Below, piece by piece: positions 19,457-28,705 of a stretch of 64,000 nt of DNA. The position numbers were made by a program, and so were the translations under genes. The DNA is from Candidatus Poribacteria bacterium. Lineage in GTDB: Bacteria; Poribacteria; WGA-4E; WGA-3G. The stretch is from assembly GCA_965215265.1 (NCBI GenBank), contig OZ244048.1:3904001-3968000 (forward strand), given 5' to 3'. The notes under the pieces were generated by a model. That model saw only the letters and a program-made list of their open reading frames with translations. It was not told the DNA's origin and searched no databases. Positions within the stretch are counted from its first letter, which is position 1. Every line of letters begins with the position of its first letter.

Positions 19457-19532
19457 TTCCAAATTGGTGCGATTAAAAGCGGCCCACCCACCCAATGCCT
19501 TGGTTTCGATTCTAAATTGGTGCGATTAAAAG
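19450..19532 (+). CRISPR. Orphan CRISPR mini-array: two 30-bp repeats, one 23-bp spacer
   Basis: GTTTTAATTCCAAATTGGTGCGATTAAAAG (19450-79) and GTTTCGATTCTAAATTGGTGCGATTAAAAG (19503-32); GTTT...ATTAAAAG ends resemble type I-B repeats; no cas genes in the window. Confidence 0.7.
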
Positions 19533-19603
19533 GGTGCCAATGCGGGTATAGTTTGCCAAAAGCATAGGCGATGCGGGTGAGATCGAGAGAGGTAACAACA
19601 CCT

Positions 19604-20597
19604 TCATCGTTGATATCTGCTTTGGGTTTTGTCCATTTTCAACGTCCCCCAGAGGGTGGTGAGTCGGTTCATAGGTTCAACCACATACGCTGTGCGCGTC
19701 CACTCAAAGAGTGGCAAACTACCCTCGAAAAACGTTTTAAAAATTTGTTCTGCGTCTCCGCCGTCAATCGGTACTACAAACGTGGAATATGCGGGTTCAT
19801 TGAATACGGTGTAGACAATGGATTGCCCATCAACCGACCATTTGACGTTATCTGCATCAGCACTGTCTTCAAGTCCTCTTCCTTTAGGTTCTATGTACGT
19901 TATGTTGTGCCGCCTAGCCGTTTTTATGCCGATTCTCATGGGGTTTTTGCTTGTCAAAAAAGCGATTTTTCCCCCATCTGGCGAGAAAACAGGGGACGTG
20001 CCATCTTTGGTTATTTGTGAAATCTTTTTTGTCCGAATCTCGAAATGGAAAATACCCCAATCCGTCTCGTATACAATTTCCTTCCCATTAGGTGCCCAGT
20101 CTACCTGATATGCATCCACTTCCAATAACAGTTCCGCTTTTGGACGCGGTTTCTCTATCTCACGAAACGGAATGAGATAGAGTCCACGAATAAACTTTCC
20201 GTTCTTTGGAATGATGAACGAAAGGTTTATGAAGACAATATCTCCGTTTCGTGAGATGGCTGCATCCGGAATCTGACTATACTCTTCCTGTGTTAGGTTC
20301 ATTGCTGCTGCCCCCGGTTTGCTTCTATCAAGAAGGTAGACATCTACCAAATTTGTTAACCTCTCCTCAGCAACAGCCACAATGTAGCGCCCCTCTTTTT
20401 GTATAGAGAACGTCTTAATAGCAAAGTCTGAAAATACGGCGTGCGAGGCGTTCGTCATGCCCATTGCCGAACCATAATTCATGGCCACCCAACCGAAAGA
20501 TGATTTTCCAATTGTTTTTGGCATGCGTTGTAAATGGCAAGAAGATAGCCAGACACAAACAGAGTATCTTGAAGATGTTTTTGAATCTGTTTGTCAT
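19604..20597 (-). CDS. Secreted TolB-like (PD40) beta-propeller protein, frameshifted near 20432
   Basis: Signal peptide ORF 20415..20597 shifts at a T-run into the frame with WAPNGKEIVY, PVFSPDGGKIAF, WSVDGQSIVY; C-terminal VEPMNRLTTLWGTLK. Confidence 0.75.
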
Positions 20598-20599
20598 AG

Positions 20600-21028
20600 T
20601 TATTCGTCTTGACGCGGGCTGAATTCCCTCATTTCCATAGGAAATTCGCCGAGGTCGATGATGTCACCCGCCGTGCTATGCGGGGGCATTCCAAAGTGAT
20701 AACGAACCTTGAGTGTTGGTTTGTCAAGTCTTTGTAGATAACTTGCCTCGTCGCTGAGTTTGTCGGTTTGTATAGAGAGCGTTTTGAGTTTCTCTTGTAC
20801 CTTTGCCAGTCGCGCTTGTTCTGCGGCGGTTAATGGGCGTGGGTTTGGGTTCACCCAAACCCCTGTTGCTTGGTAGGCGCGATTTGGATTGATATTCCAT
20901 GTCTTCCCACCGACGGTAATTTTGGTTTTTGCCGTTTGAGGGGAGGGGGACTTTTGAGCCTCCTGTTGACACCCTTGCAGGACGAGTACGACAAGGATTA
21001 TTATGAAAAATATGGATTTACCGTACAT
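20600..21028 (-). CDS. Putative lipoprotein
   Basis: Hydrophobic signal ending in the lipobox LQGC; TAATG-coupled to the upstream ORF. Confidence 0.7.
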   Translation of the reverse strand: MYGKSIFFIIILVVLVLQGCQQEAQKSPSPQTAKTKITVGGKTWNINPNRAYQATGVWVNPNPRPLTAAEQARLAKVQEKLKTLSIQTDKLSDEASYLQRLDKPTLKVRYHFGMPPHSTAGDIIDLGEFPMEMREFSPRQDE

Positions 21029-21444
21029 TAGAAACCTGAGATGTCGATTCTGGCAGAGGCGGAGACACCCCCTTGCCAGAGGGAGGCAGAAGCACTTGCA
21101 CTTCGGTTTAGTGCATCTTTGGCACGGAGGGAGAAATCATAAGCAGTGACACCATGGGGCTCTCCGTCGCCGCCGATATCAACACTCCCCGCAGGATTTT
21201 CATCATGAGCTCTCCCATTTCCGGGGACATTCACCCATGCATTTCCTTTTCCTTCCCATTCGGCACCGGCATCGGCACTCGCGTAAGCCGAATACCGAAC
21301 GGCATCAATTTCATTCCCTCCTTCACGTACGACTCTTCCGTGATAAGAGCGGCTTATGCTGAGTGAAAAGGTGCCGTCTATATTTCCGGCGTTGTCTAAG
21401 ACATCTATCATATAAAGGCGTTTTGCGCCCTTGGCAATCCCCAA
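21028..21444 (-). CDS. Hypothetical Gly/Ala/Ser-rich beta-strand protein, probably 5'-truncated by the duplicated promoter cassette
   Basis: ORF begins at the edge of the duplication (21446); ends SASASASLW...ISGF. Confidence 0.5.
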   Translation of the reverse strand: MGIAKGAKRLYMIDVLDNAGNIDGTFSLSISRSYHGRVVREGGNEIDAVRYSAYASADAGAEWEGKGNAWVNVPGNGRAHDENPAGSVDIGGDGEPHGVTAYDFSLRAKDALNRSASASASLWQGGVSASARIDISGF

Positions 21445-21596
21445 TATATAGATTTATCCTCGCTTGAGGACAATTTGTCACAGGAGATATGACTCATCTT
21501 ATCACATCTCGTGCCTTAAAATCAATGAACAAATCCACAACTGTATGCGTCTAGCCCCCATTTTGTCTCCAAAAAAGGGATAAACCCTAAGCAACC

Positions 21597-21657
21597 CAGT
21601 GGCAGGTAAAAGGTAATCTTCTCTCATGGACAGACAAAGAATACCTATCCTGCCACC
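21597..21657. repeat. 61-bp palindromic element present only in cassette copy 1
   Basis: CAGTGGCAGGTAAAAGGTAATCTT...AAAGAATACCTATCCTGCCACC; absent at about 26678; flanked by ACC micro-repeat. Confidence 0.85.
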
Positions 21658-21771
21658 TGGCTCGCGTCAGGAGTTCTCGTTATCTCGTGCAAGCGAGATG
21701 TCGTTGGCTCCAAATCTCATCTCAGTCTCAGACGAGCCATCAACACACGCACCGTTGCTGATTAAATAATG

Positions 21772-21788
21772 TGCAATATCTATGCCAA
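21772..21788 (-). promoter_or_regulatory. Sigma-54 (-24/-12) promoter
   Basis: TTGGCATAGATATTGCA on the minus strand, GG-N10-GC spacing. Confidence 0.8.
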
Positions 21789-22031
21789 TTCACCGCACGA
21801 TAAAGTAGACACCGAAAATGCGGGCGGGCCGCAGGGCAAAACCGATGCCTTCAAGCGGTGACTTCTCTTGATTTTACAGCCCCGAAGTCTCGGGACCGCG
21901 TGGATTTAGAAGGGATAGGTAGGGGTGTCTTTATACGGATTTATTGTGCTGAATCTCATCGCTCAGGCTTACCCGTTGAATCAGGTACCGGCTCGGTTTA
22001 TGTGGGTTGAGATGCTATAATCTGCCACTTT

Positions 22032-22045
22032 TGACATAGTTGTCA
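22032..22045. promoter_or_regulatory. TGACA-N4-TGTCA palindrome, candidate enhancer (UAS)
   Basis: TGACATAGTTGTCA about 245 bp upstream of the sigma-54 site. Confidence 0.45.
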
Positions 22046-22132
22046 TTGGAAAATAGAGAAAAATCCGTCCAAACACGCATGCTGGTCAGGTATACCGCGA
22101 AACTGATAGATTGTGTTTACATTTGTCCTCGA

Positions 22133-22161
22133 TTGACATTCAGGACCTATTTCGGTATGAT
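22133..22161 (+). promoter_or_regulatory. Near-consensus sigma-70 promoter firing antisense into the minus-strand block
   Basis: TTGACA-17 bp-TATGAT. Confidence 0.5.
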
Positions 22162-22169
22162 ATGGGTAT

Positions 22170-22564
22170 GACACCTCTGTCACACCCTTTACATAAGGAC
22201 GTGCTTGCCCACCGTGTCGACTGGTGGTGCTGCCTCGGTATCGAGATATTTTGGGCAAGACAAACAACACATCTGGACATGCTACCTCAATCGCATAAAC
22301 GTTTTCAAGGGTGTATCGCTCCGTGGTCCAGCACATAAGCCGGCCGCGTTTCCAAAAACCGACTCGTGTCCAGAATTGCATCTGGTTGGCACCTCCAAGT
22401 GTTTCAATGTCTTTCTCTATGATTTCTTTCGCACCGTCGCCGATGGCTATCATGCAAAGCACACTTGCAATACCAACAAAAGTACCGAGGAGAGACAATC
22501 CTGCCGCGAGTCTATTTTGGGAGAGGCACGCGATACCCTCTATCGTAGCATCATGGCATTTCAT
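22170..22564 (-). pseudogene. MacB-type ABC permease N-terminal fragment
   Basis: NRLAAGLSLLGTFVGIASVLCMIAIGDGAK...LGGAN; truncated after ...YVKGVT. Confidence 0.75.
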
Positions 22565-24137
22565 CCGGCAATTCCTCGGAAGAAGACTGTTGCGAGCGAG
22601 TGTTAGCTTCTTCTATAGGAACCGAATAGATGGTGCGTTTGTCGGTTTGGCTTGTCAATAGAATCGGTAGAGGGTATTCGCGGAACGATACGAGGTAAGG
22701 AATCCCACCGGCTTTGTGCACCTGCACTGCTTTTTCTTTCCATTCATCTGGGTTGCTAAGTGGATGTGCAGTTTTCGACATGAGGAACATAAGTCGCAAA
22801 TGGTCATCCGTATTGCGGCGTTCTTCGGTATCAAGTTCCACAAGAAGAACCGCGTTTTGCGGTAGGTGCATCTCAGTATAATTTGCAATCTCTGCCAATG
22901 TCCGCGTATTTCTATTATGCGATGTAACCCGCCACGCTTCCAGCACGGTATGACTACTCAAGATGAGTAGACCTAGGACTCCAATAACCGTAGCAACTTG
23001 AAAGTATAACCTCTTGTGGATACGTATCCACAACATGCATCTACGTACTGCTTCTCCAAAGAGCAGTAGAAACGCAGGCATGCCGATGAGTGTTGCTGAA
23101 GGCGTTTTCGTTGCTGCCAAAAGGTGCGGAATGAGCACGCCAAACCCCCAGGCGTAAGTGAGTGTCAATCCTATATTCTCCTCAGAAAACAACTTCCAAA
23201 GTAAGACAAGCGTTGCTAGACACATTGGCAGATAAAAAATACTATACAAGCTAGGTCCATAGGTCAACACTACCTTGTACCACGGGCCGCCCCAATTCTC
23301 AATGTCTGTTGTTAGATGGAACCATGTGTACAAATGTTCATGCCGGAATTCAACAGGGAACTGAATCACTGTCCAAAGTGTCCAAGGCAACGCCGTTAAA
23401 AGAAAAGTAACTGTCAATCCAAGAACGTGCCGACCGCGAATACAGATATCCGCACGTTTCGCCATTCCAAGAGCAGGTGCCATCCATGCTGTCACGACTA
23501 AGCCTGTCACAATCAAGGCGAGATAGGATTTGCTGAGGAAGGCACATCCTTGACCAAATCCTGCCAAACATACATCCCACCATTTTCCTGTACGCAATGC
23601 CCGCACCAGAAAATAGATTGCAAACTCTGTCCAAAACAGAAGTGAGATATCAATGGCATCGCTGAATTGATAGCCGTGTATCAATCGCATCAAAAATGGT
23701 GAGAATGCCTGAACCATAGCGGCGATAAGCCCTGCTTGCCGGCTCAGAAATTGCTTCCCAATGAGGTACGTCAACCAAACCGCAGCAGTACTGAGAATCA
23801 CCGATGGAATACGCAGTCCCCACGTGTTAACCCCAAACAGCCAATAGGAACTGGCGATTTGCCACAATCCAAGAATTGGCTTATGCAACCACACATGATT
23901 AGCACCCCAATCAAAGGCAAAGGTTGGCAAGTAAGGGATATCAATCAGCGTTGGCTTGAGGGGATGCTTGAGCAGGTTCTTGGCAACAAGGGCATGACAA
24001 CACTCATCCGCTGAACCAAGAGATGCATGTCCCAAATGACGTAATTTCAGCAAACCTGAAGACAGAATTACGCATCCAAAATAGCAGATTGTCCCACCCC
24101 TGCTTCTTGTTGGACCAACATGAGATAAGCCGCTCAA
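22551..24137 (-). CDS. Glycosyltransferase family 39 (ArnT/PMT-like) membrane protein
   Basis: ADECCHALVAKNL, HKPILGLW, LFGVNTWGLRIPS, GCAFLSKS, many TM helices; the true start may be the out-of-frame ATG near 24153. Confidence 0.8.
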   Translation of the reverse strand: MSGLSHVGPTRSRGGTICYFGCVILSSGLLKLRHLGHASLGSADECCHALVAKNLLKHPLKPTLIDIPYLPTFAFDWGANHVWLHKPILGLWQIASSYWLFGVNTWGLRIPSVILSTAAVWLTYLIGKQFLSRQAGLIAAMVQAFSPFLMRLIHGYQFSDAIDISLLFWTEFAIYFLVRALRTGKWWDVCLAGFGQGCAFLSKSYLALIVTGLVVTAWMAPALGMAKRADICIRGRHVLGLTVTFLLTALPWTLWTVIQFPVEFRHEHLYTWFHLTTDIENWGGPWYKVVLTYGPSLYSIFYLPMCLATLVLLWKLFSEENIGLTLTYAWGFGVLIPHLLAATKTPSATLIGMPAFLLLFGEAVRRCMLWIRIHKRLYFQVATVIGVLGLLILSSHTVLEAWRVTSHNRNTRTLAEIANYTEMHLPQNAVLLVELDTEERRNTDDHLRLMFLMSKTAHPLSNPDEWKEKAVQVHKAGGIPYLVSFREYPLPILLTSQTDKRTIYSVPIEEANTRSQQSSSEELPDEMP

Positions 24138-24154
24138 TAACTATATTGTACATG

Positions 24155-26113
24155 CTATAGGTAAGGGGTCATATTCCACAAGAGGATAGTGCCATCATAA
24201 CTCCCACTCGCTAACAACGTGCCATCTGGAGAAAACGCTAAGTCTTGAATATCGGTGGGATGACCACGAAGTGTGACAATATTTTCACCTGCCTTAACGG
24301 ACCACAAGCGAATCGCTACCTTTTTTATCCCCATACCGCGTTGCCACCACGCACCCGAGGCGAGATACTGTCCACAAGGCGAAAACGCTAACGCATACGC
24401 CCAACAACTCTGTTGGGCGTGGTGCAGTATCATCAGAGTTTCACGATATTTGACATCCCACAACAGAATCTCTTCCCGCCGGCCACAAGCAATTACATCA
24501 CTATAAGGAGAAAATGCTACAGTCTGAATTCCATGTGCCGGGAATTCATAGATTTTTTTACCATGTGCAACATCCAACAGCATGGATTCAGGTCCGTCAT
24601 GCGTGGTAATCACAAGTTGCTTTTCATCTGGACTAAAGGTCATTGAATGAATTGAATTGGCATAAGCAGTGAGGATGTGTAGTCTGTTCTGTTGTTGCAT
24701 ATCCCATATATGCAGCATACCTTCATTATCCACGCATGCTAGCATTTTGCTTTTAGGTGCAAAGGCAGCCCTTGTCACATGTCTTTTTTCCCCAGGGGGA
24801 GTAAAATTAGCAATCGGTATTTCGGCGTTGCCAATTTCCCACACCTTGGCAGTGTTGCTGTCGGGTCCGATCGCATAGATTTTTCCGGTAGGCGACACAG
24901 AAACAGAATAGTCGCCACCAGGTAGATTGAAACGGGTTGGGTATTTTGAGGGTTTTGCAACATCCCATAACATGATTCCCTGATCCCAATATCCACCCAC
25001 AAGGCTTTTTCCATCTAGTGAAAATGCTAGCGAATCAGGAATGCCGGTATGCAAATGAGTGGCGGTGTGCTGTTGAGGATTCCTGAGGTTCCATATCTTA
25101 AATTCGCGTTCGGTAGCGAAAACTAATTGGCTCCCGTTAGCTAAGTGTGTAGCTTTAATATTCCTATCTGATTCAAGATATGTGTAGCATTTTTTATCAT
25201 GTTCTACATCCCACACGGTCACAGTGTTATCAGATGTTCCCGCGGCATACAGAATGCCCTCTGGCGAATGGGAAACCTGCATCCGATCTGCCCTATAACT
25301 GAAGATAGTTTTGTGTAGTTTCCAACTGTTAACTGTCCAAATCCGAACTGTACCGCCCTTCTCGCCTGCAGCAAGAAACTGTCCGCATGGCGAGAAATTA
25401 AGACTCTCTATAAAATTGAGGGATTCCGTGAGACAGGCAAGGCGTTCACCTCTCTCCACATCCCACACTGTGATAAAGCTAGTAGAATGCGCGGGAGTCC
25501 GGATAGTGCCATCCGCTTCGGCACAGGCTAGCAAGTTTTTGTCTGGCATCGTACATGCTAATAGGCGACCGTCCCTAGAAAAAGCGATAGGACGGCGCGA
25601 TCCACCGAACCATCTGAAATTCGTTTCTCCCTGGAATTTTGCAACTTGTATACCTGTTTCTGAATCCCAGACATATACGATATAGTCTCGCTGGCTGGAC
25701 GCTGCGATCCATTGACTATTAGGTGAGAAAACAATCTGGGAAATCCAATGATAGGGTCTTTCCGTCTCTGCTCTCTCCATCTTGGCAACGCAGATACCGT
25801 TATGAACATCCCACACCTTGAGAAGTCCATCTCCATCGCCGGTAGCAAGCCATTGTCCATCTTGGGAAAATGAAATCGCGGAAATCATCCCTCGTTCTGT
25901 GTCAGATAGTGCAATAGGAGCCAGGGTAGGCAGTTCGTACCACCAGAGCCCTATACTACTGCCTACAACAAGATAGCGCCCATCTGGGGAGAATGCCAAA
26001 TCAGATATTCGGCCTCTCCCCAATCGGGCAACGCTTTCCTCTGGTAATGCCCAACTGCTTGAATCAATGTTATCTGAAACAACATCAGGCAAATTTATTT
26101 TTCCGATGAACAT
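24155..26113 (-). CDS. WD40 repeat protein
   Basis: WALPEESVARLGRG, LAFSPDG, LATGDGDGLLKVWD, LRGHPTDIQDLAFSPDGTLLASGSYDGTILLW; start at ATG 26113 just after the peptide stop. Confidence 0.92.
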   Translation of the reverse strand: MFIGKINLPDVVSDNIDSSSWALPEESVARLGRGRISDLAFSPDGRYLVVGSSIGLWWYELPTLAPIALSDTERGMISAISFSQDGQWLATGDGDGLLKVWDVHNGICVAKMERAETERPYHWISQIVFSPNSQWIAASSQRDYIVYVWDSETGIQVAKFQGETNFRWFGGSRRPIAFSRDGRLLACTMPDKNLLACAEADGTIRTPAHSTSFITVWDVERGERLACLTESLNFIESLNFSPCGQFLAAGEKGGTVRIWTVNSWKLHKTIFSYRADRMQVSHSPEGILYAAGTSDNTVTVWDVEHDKKCYTYLESDRNIKATHLANGSQLVFATEREFKIWNLRNPQQHTATHLHTGIPDSLAFSLDGKSLVGGYWDQGIMLWDVAKPSKYPTRFNLPGGDYSVSVSPTGKIYAIGPDSNTAKVWEIGNAEIPIANFTPPGEKRHVTRAAFAPKSKMLACVDNEGMLHIWDMQQQNRLHILTAYANSIHSMTFSPDEKQLVITTHDGPESMLLDVAHGKKIYEFPAHGIQTVAFSPYSDVIACGRREEILLWDVKYRETLMILHHAQQSCWAYALAFSPCGQYLASGAWWQRGMGIKKVAIRLWSVKAGENIVTLRGHPTDIQDLAFSPDGTLLASGSYDGTILLWNMTPYL

Positions 26114-26117
26114 ACTG

Positions 26118-26516
26118 CTATCCACAGGATCCACTGCATTTAGAACTGTTTCCACAAATTCTGCCATCACACCCGCAACCGTCAGTCCCTTTACAAGAAG
26201 CACCATCAGGGCAGGCTGGTTTGGTGCTACCACATGCCCCACTTGAGTTACAGGATCCGCAATTGGTACCGGTACAACTACATGGTGAAGAGGTCGTGAG
26301 AATTGCCTGACTGCCTCCACAGCAATTCTCCAGGTCACTAGAAGTTCCATCCGTGGCTAGTTCTAATCCGGTAACGCCACAGCAATTCGACCTATCCGTT
26401 GGAGCAGGAATAAACATATTCACAGCAAACGTACCGGCGAAGGCTAAGCCGCCGGCGAGGAGTGAGACGATGAGAATACGGCCTACAATGCTTTTCGTGT
26501 TGAAAAAGGCATTCAT
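26118..26516 (-). CDS. Secreted or membrane-anchored Cys/Gly/Ser-rich peptide (16 Cys)
   Basis: Hydrophobic N-terminus, two NCCG motifs, then a 12-Cys tail; first gene after the sigma-54 cassette. The RBS-proximal ATG 26530 is out of frame by one A in an A8 run. Confidence 0.8.
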   Translation of the reverse strand: MNAFFNTKSIVGRILIVSLLAGGLAFAGTFAVNMFIPAPTDRSNCCGVTGLELATDGTSSDLENCCGGSQAILTTSSPCSCTGTNCGSCNSSGACGSTKPACPDGASCKGTDGCGCDGRICGNSSKCSGSCG

Positions 26517-26787
26517 TATTTTTTTTCCATATAGATTTATCCTCGCTTGAGGACAATTTGTCGCAGGAGATATGACTCATCTTATCACATCTCGTGCCTT
26601 AAAATCAATGAACAAATTCACAACTGTATGCGTCTAGCCCCATTTTGTCTCCAAAAAAGGGATAAACCCTAAGCAACCTGGCCCGCGTCAGGAGTTCTCA
26701 TTATCTCGTGCAAGCGAGATGTCATTGGCTCCAAATCTCAGTCTCAGACGAGCCATCAATACACGTGCCGTTGCTGATTAAATAATG

Positions 26788-26804
26788 TGCAATATCTATG
26801 CCAA
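26788..26804 (-). promoter_or_regulatory. Sigma-54 (-24/-12) promoter for the Cys-rich peptide operon
   Basis: TTGGCATAGATATTGCA on the minus strand. Confidence 0.82.
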
Positions 26805-27060
26805 TTCACCGCACTATAAACTAGACACCGAAAATGCGTGCGGGCCGCAGGGCAAAACCGATGCCTTCAAGCGGCTACTTCTCTTGATTTTACAGCCCCG
26901 AAGTCTCGGGGCCGCGTGGATTTAGAAGAGATAGGTAGGGGTGTCTTTATACGGATTTATTGTGCTGAATCTCATCGCTCAGGCTTACCCGTTGAATCAG
27001 GTACCGGCTCGGTTTATGTGGGTTGAGATGCTATAATCTGCCATTTTTTACAGAGTTAAC

Positions 27061-27078
27061 TATGACATAGTTGTCATA
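27061..27078. promoter_or_regulatory. Palindrome TATGACA-tagt-TGTCATA, candidate shared UAS
   Basis: Perfect 7-bp inverted repeat about midway between the divergent sigma-54 sites. Confidence 0.5.
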
Positions 27079-27315
27079 CTCTGTCATAGTTGTCATTGGA
27101 AAATAGAGAAAAATCCGTCCAAACACGCATGCTGGTCAGGTATACCGCGAAACTGATAGATTGTGTTTACATTATCTCTATCAAGACAAAACGTCTAAAC
27201 CCACGTGGCATCAAGGCTTTAGAGTACACAACCAAGCGATTAACCCAACCGGGTACATCGATTTTGCCTTGCGGCACTGGTGCTCTCGATGTCCAATAGT
27301 TCGCGAGATGAAGAA

Positions 27316-27332
27316 TTGGCATAGATATTGCA
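27316..27332 (+). promoter_or_regulatory. Sigma-54 (-24/-12) promoter, divergent
   Basis: TTGGCATAGATATTGCA on the plus strand, identical core to the other two. Confidence 0.82.
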
Positions 27333-27564
27333 TCTACACTATCAAGTCAGCAACGGGACGCTCGTTGATGAGTCGTTTTAGTGGAAATAGCGAATCAGAG
27401 AATGTCCGAATTGATGTTGATTTTAAAGCAGCGGATGTGATATCATAATATTCATCGTTAGCTTGTGCTACCACATGGGCGGCATGCGGTTCATCATAAT
27501 GTTTTCGGCAATGGAGGAGAAATCGTCCTATTGCCATATCTTCTCAGCACATAAGGAGTTTCTG

Positions 27565-28664
27565 ATGAAAAATATGAAAAATCGCGGCATTTACCTTTTT
27601 GTATTCGTCTGTCTCTGCCTCTTCTGCCTTTTGGGGGCTCTCTATTTCATGGGATCCGATTCCCAAAACCAAGTTCCTATCAAAATTTACAAAGCAACCA
27701 CGTTCTTAAATGACAAGACAGTAAACGAGCCGGACTTGGACAGGGAACCCCCTCAAAACGTGGCGGCTACCGACCTAGAGAATGCAGATATCCTGCAGCC
27801 AACGCTACGAAAACCGGACAAAGATGAGATAGAGAAAGCACGGTTTTTGCAAATAGAACAGTCTCCGGAATACCAAGATTTTGTAGACTCGAAGATGCAA
27901 GAATTGGTAAAAGAATACAATCAGACAGGAGTTCTCAATTTTTCCTTTCAAGAATTTTTTGATTTTTTTACAAGCCAAGGCATGCCACACGTGGATTTTG
28001 CACAAGGCGCGCATGAGGCATTTCGAGAATACTTCCCCACCGGAGAACCAGAAGACTATGATGTGGAAATGGCTACACGGTTCCTAGAAGTTTTCTTGAG
28101 ACCCACGGAACCACCTCTGAAGCAAGCCTATACGCAGCAAATTCCCTCTATGCAGAGCCTGATTTTTCAGCATGGATTTTGGGACGCTTTAAAGGAGAAC
28201 TCGCACCGCAGCTGCAGTGGTTTGATGAACAAACGGCAATAGCGACGCGTCTAAGAAACGCATTCTCTTCTTCCGATATAGAAGAGCAGGCACCCTTACC
28301 AGCCCTTACTGAGGGCGAAAAGGCAAACTCCTCTACATCCACAAGCGAACTGCCGCTATCTAACCCTCACAATATTGAGACTCTTGAGGGCGAAAAGGCA
28401 AGTCCCCCCACATCCATAAGCGAACTGCCGCTACCTAACCGTCACAATATTAAAACAGTAGATGCCCCCACGCCTTTATCTACCGAACGCATATTGTCTA
28501 TAAGGGAAACTTTGCGCCATTACGGGACCTACAACGGAATGTCTCTCCTGCTTGAAACCGATGCCGAAGCAACACGGTGGCTTTTCGAGAACTTTAACTC
28601 CTTAGAACAAATTAAGGCATGGATGTCTGAAAATGCGAACGAGACACCCCCACTAGAACCGTAA
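27565..28664 (+). CDS. Membrane-anchored hypothetical protein, split by a frameshift near 28092
   Basis: AAGGAG RBS, N-terminal TM helix; adding one T at GTTTTCTT joins ORFs 27463..28242 and 28179..28664. Confidence 0.65.
28311..28456 (+). repeat. Intragenic tandem repeat, 2 x 75 bp (25 aa)
   Basis: EGEKANSSTSTSELPLSNPHNIETL / EGEKASPPTSISELPLPNRHNIKT. Confidence 0.85.
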
Positions 28665-28705
28665 TCCCAATAGGCCCCAAAACCTTAACCATAGGAGACA
28701 CACAG

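Larger units (their letters stand above)
21446..22123 (-). repeat. Duplicated promoter/leader cassette, copy 1 (678 bp)
   Basis: Near-identical to 26529..27173 from ATATAGATTTATCCTCGC to GATTGTGTTTACATT, with two larger indels. Confidence 0.95.
26529..27173 (-). repeat. Duplicated promoter/leader cassette, copy 2 (645 bp)
   Basis: Direct repeat of 21446..22123; lacks the 61-bp hairpin, has an extra CATAGTTGTCAT unit. Confidence 0.95.

Noticed and set aside
26114-26350. 79-aa N-terminal extension of the WD40 ORF
   Set aside because: It overlaps the Cys-rich peptide in another frame; the ATG at 26113, right after the peptide stop, is a better start.
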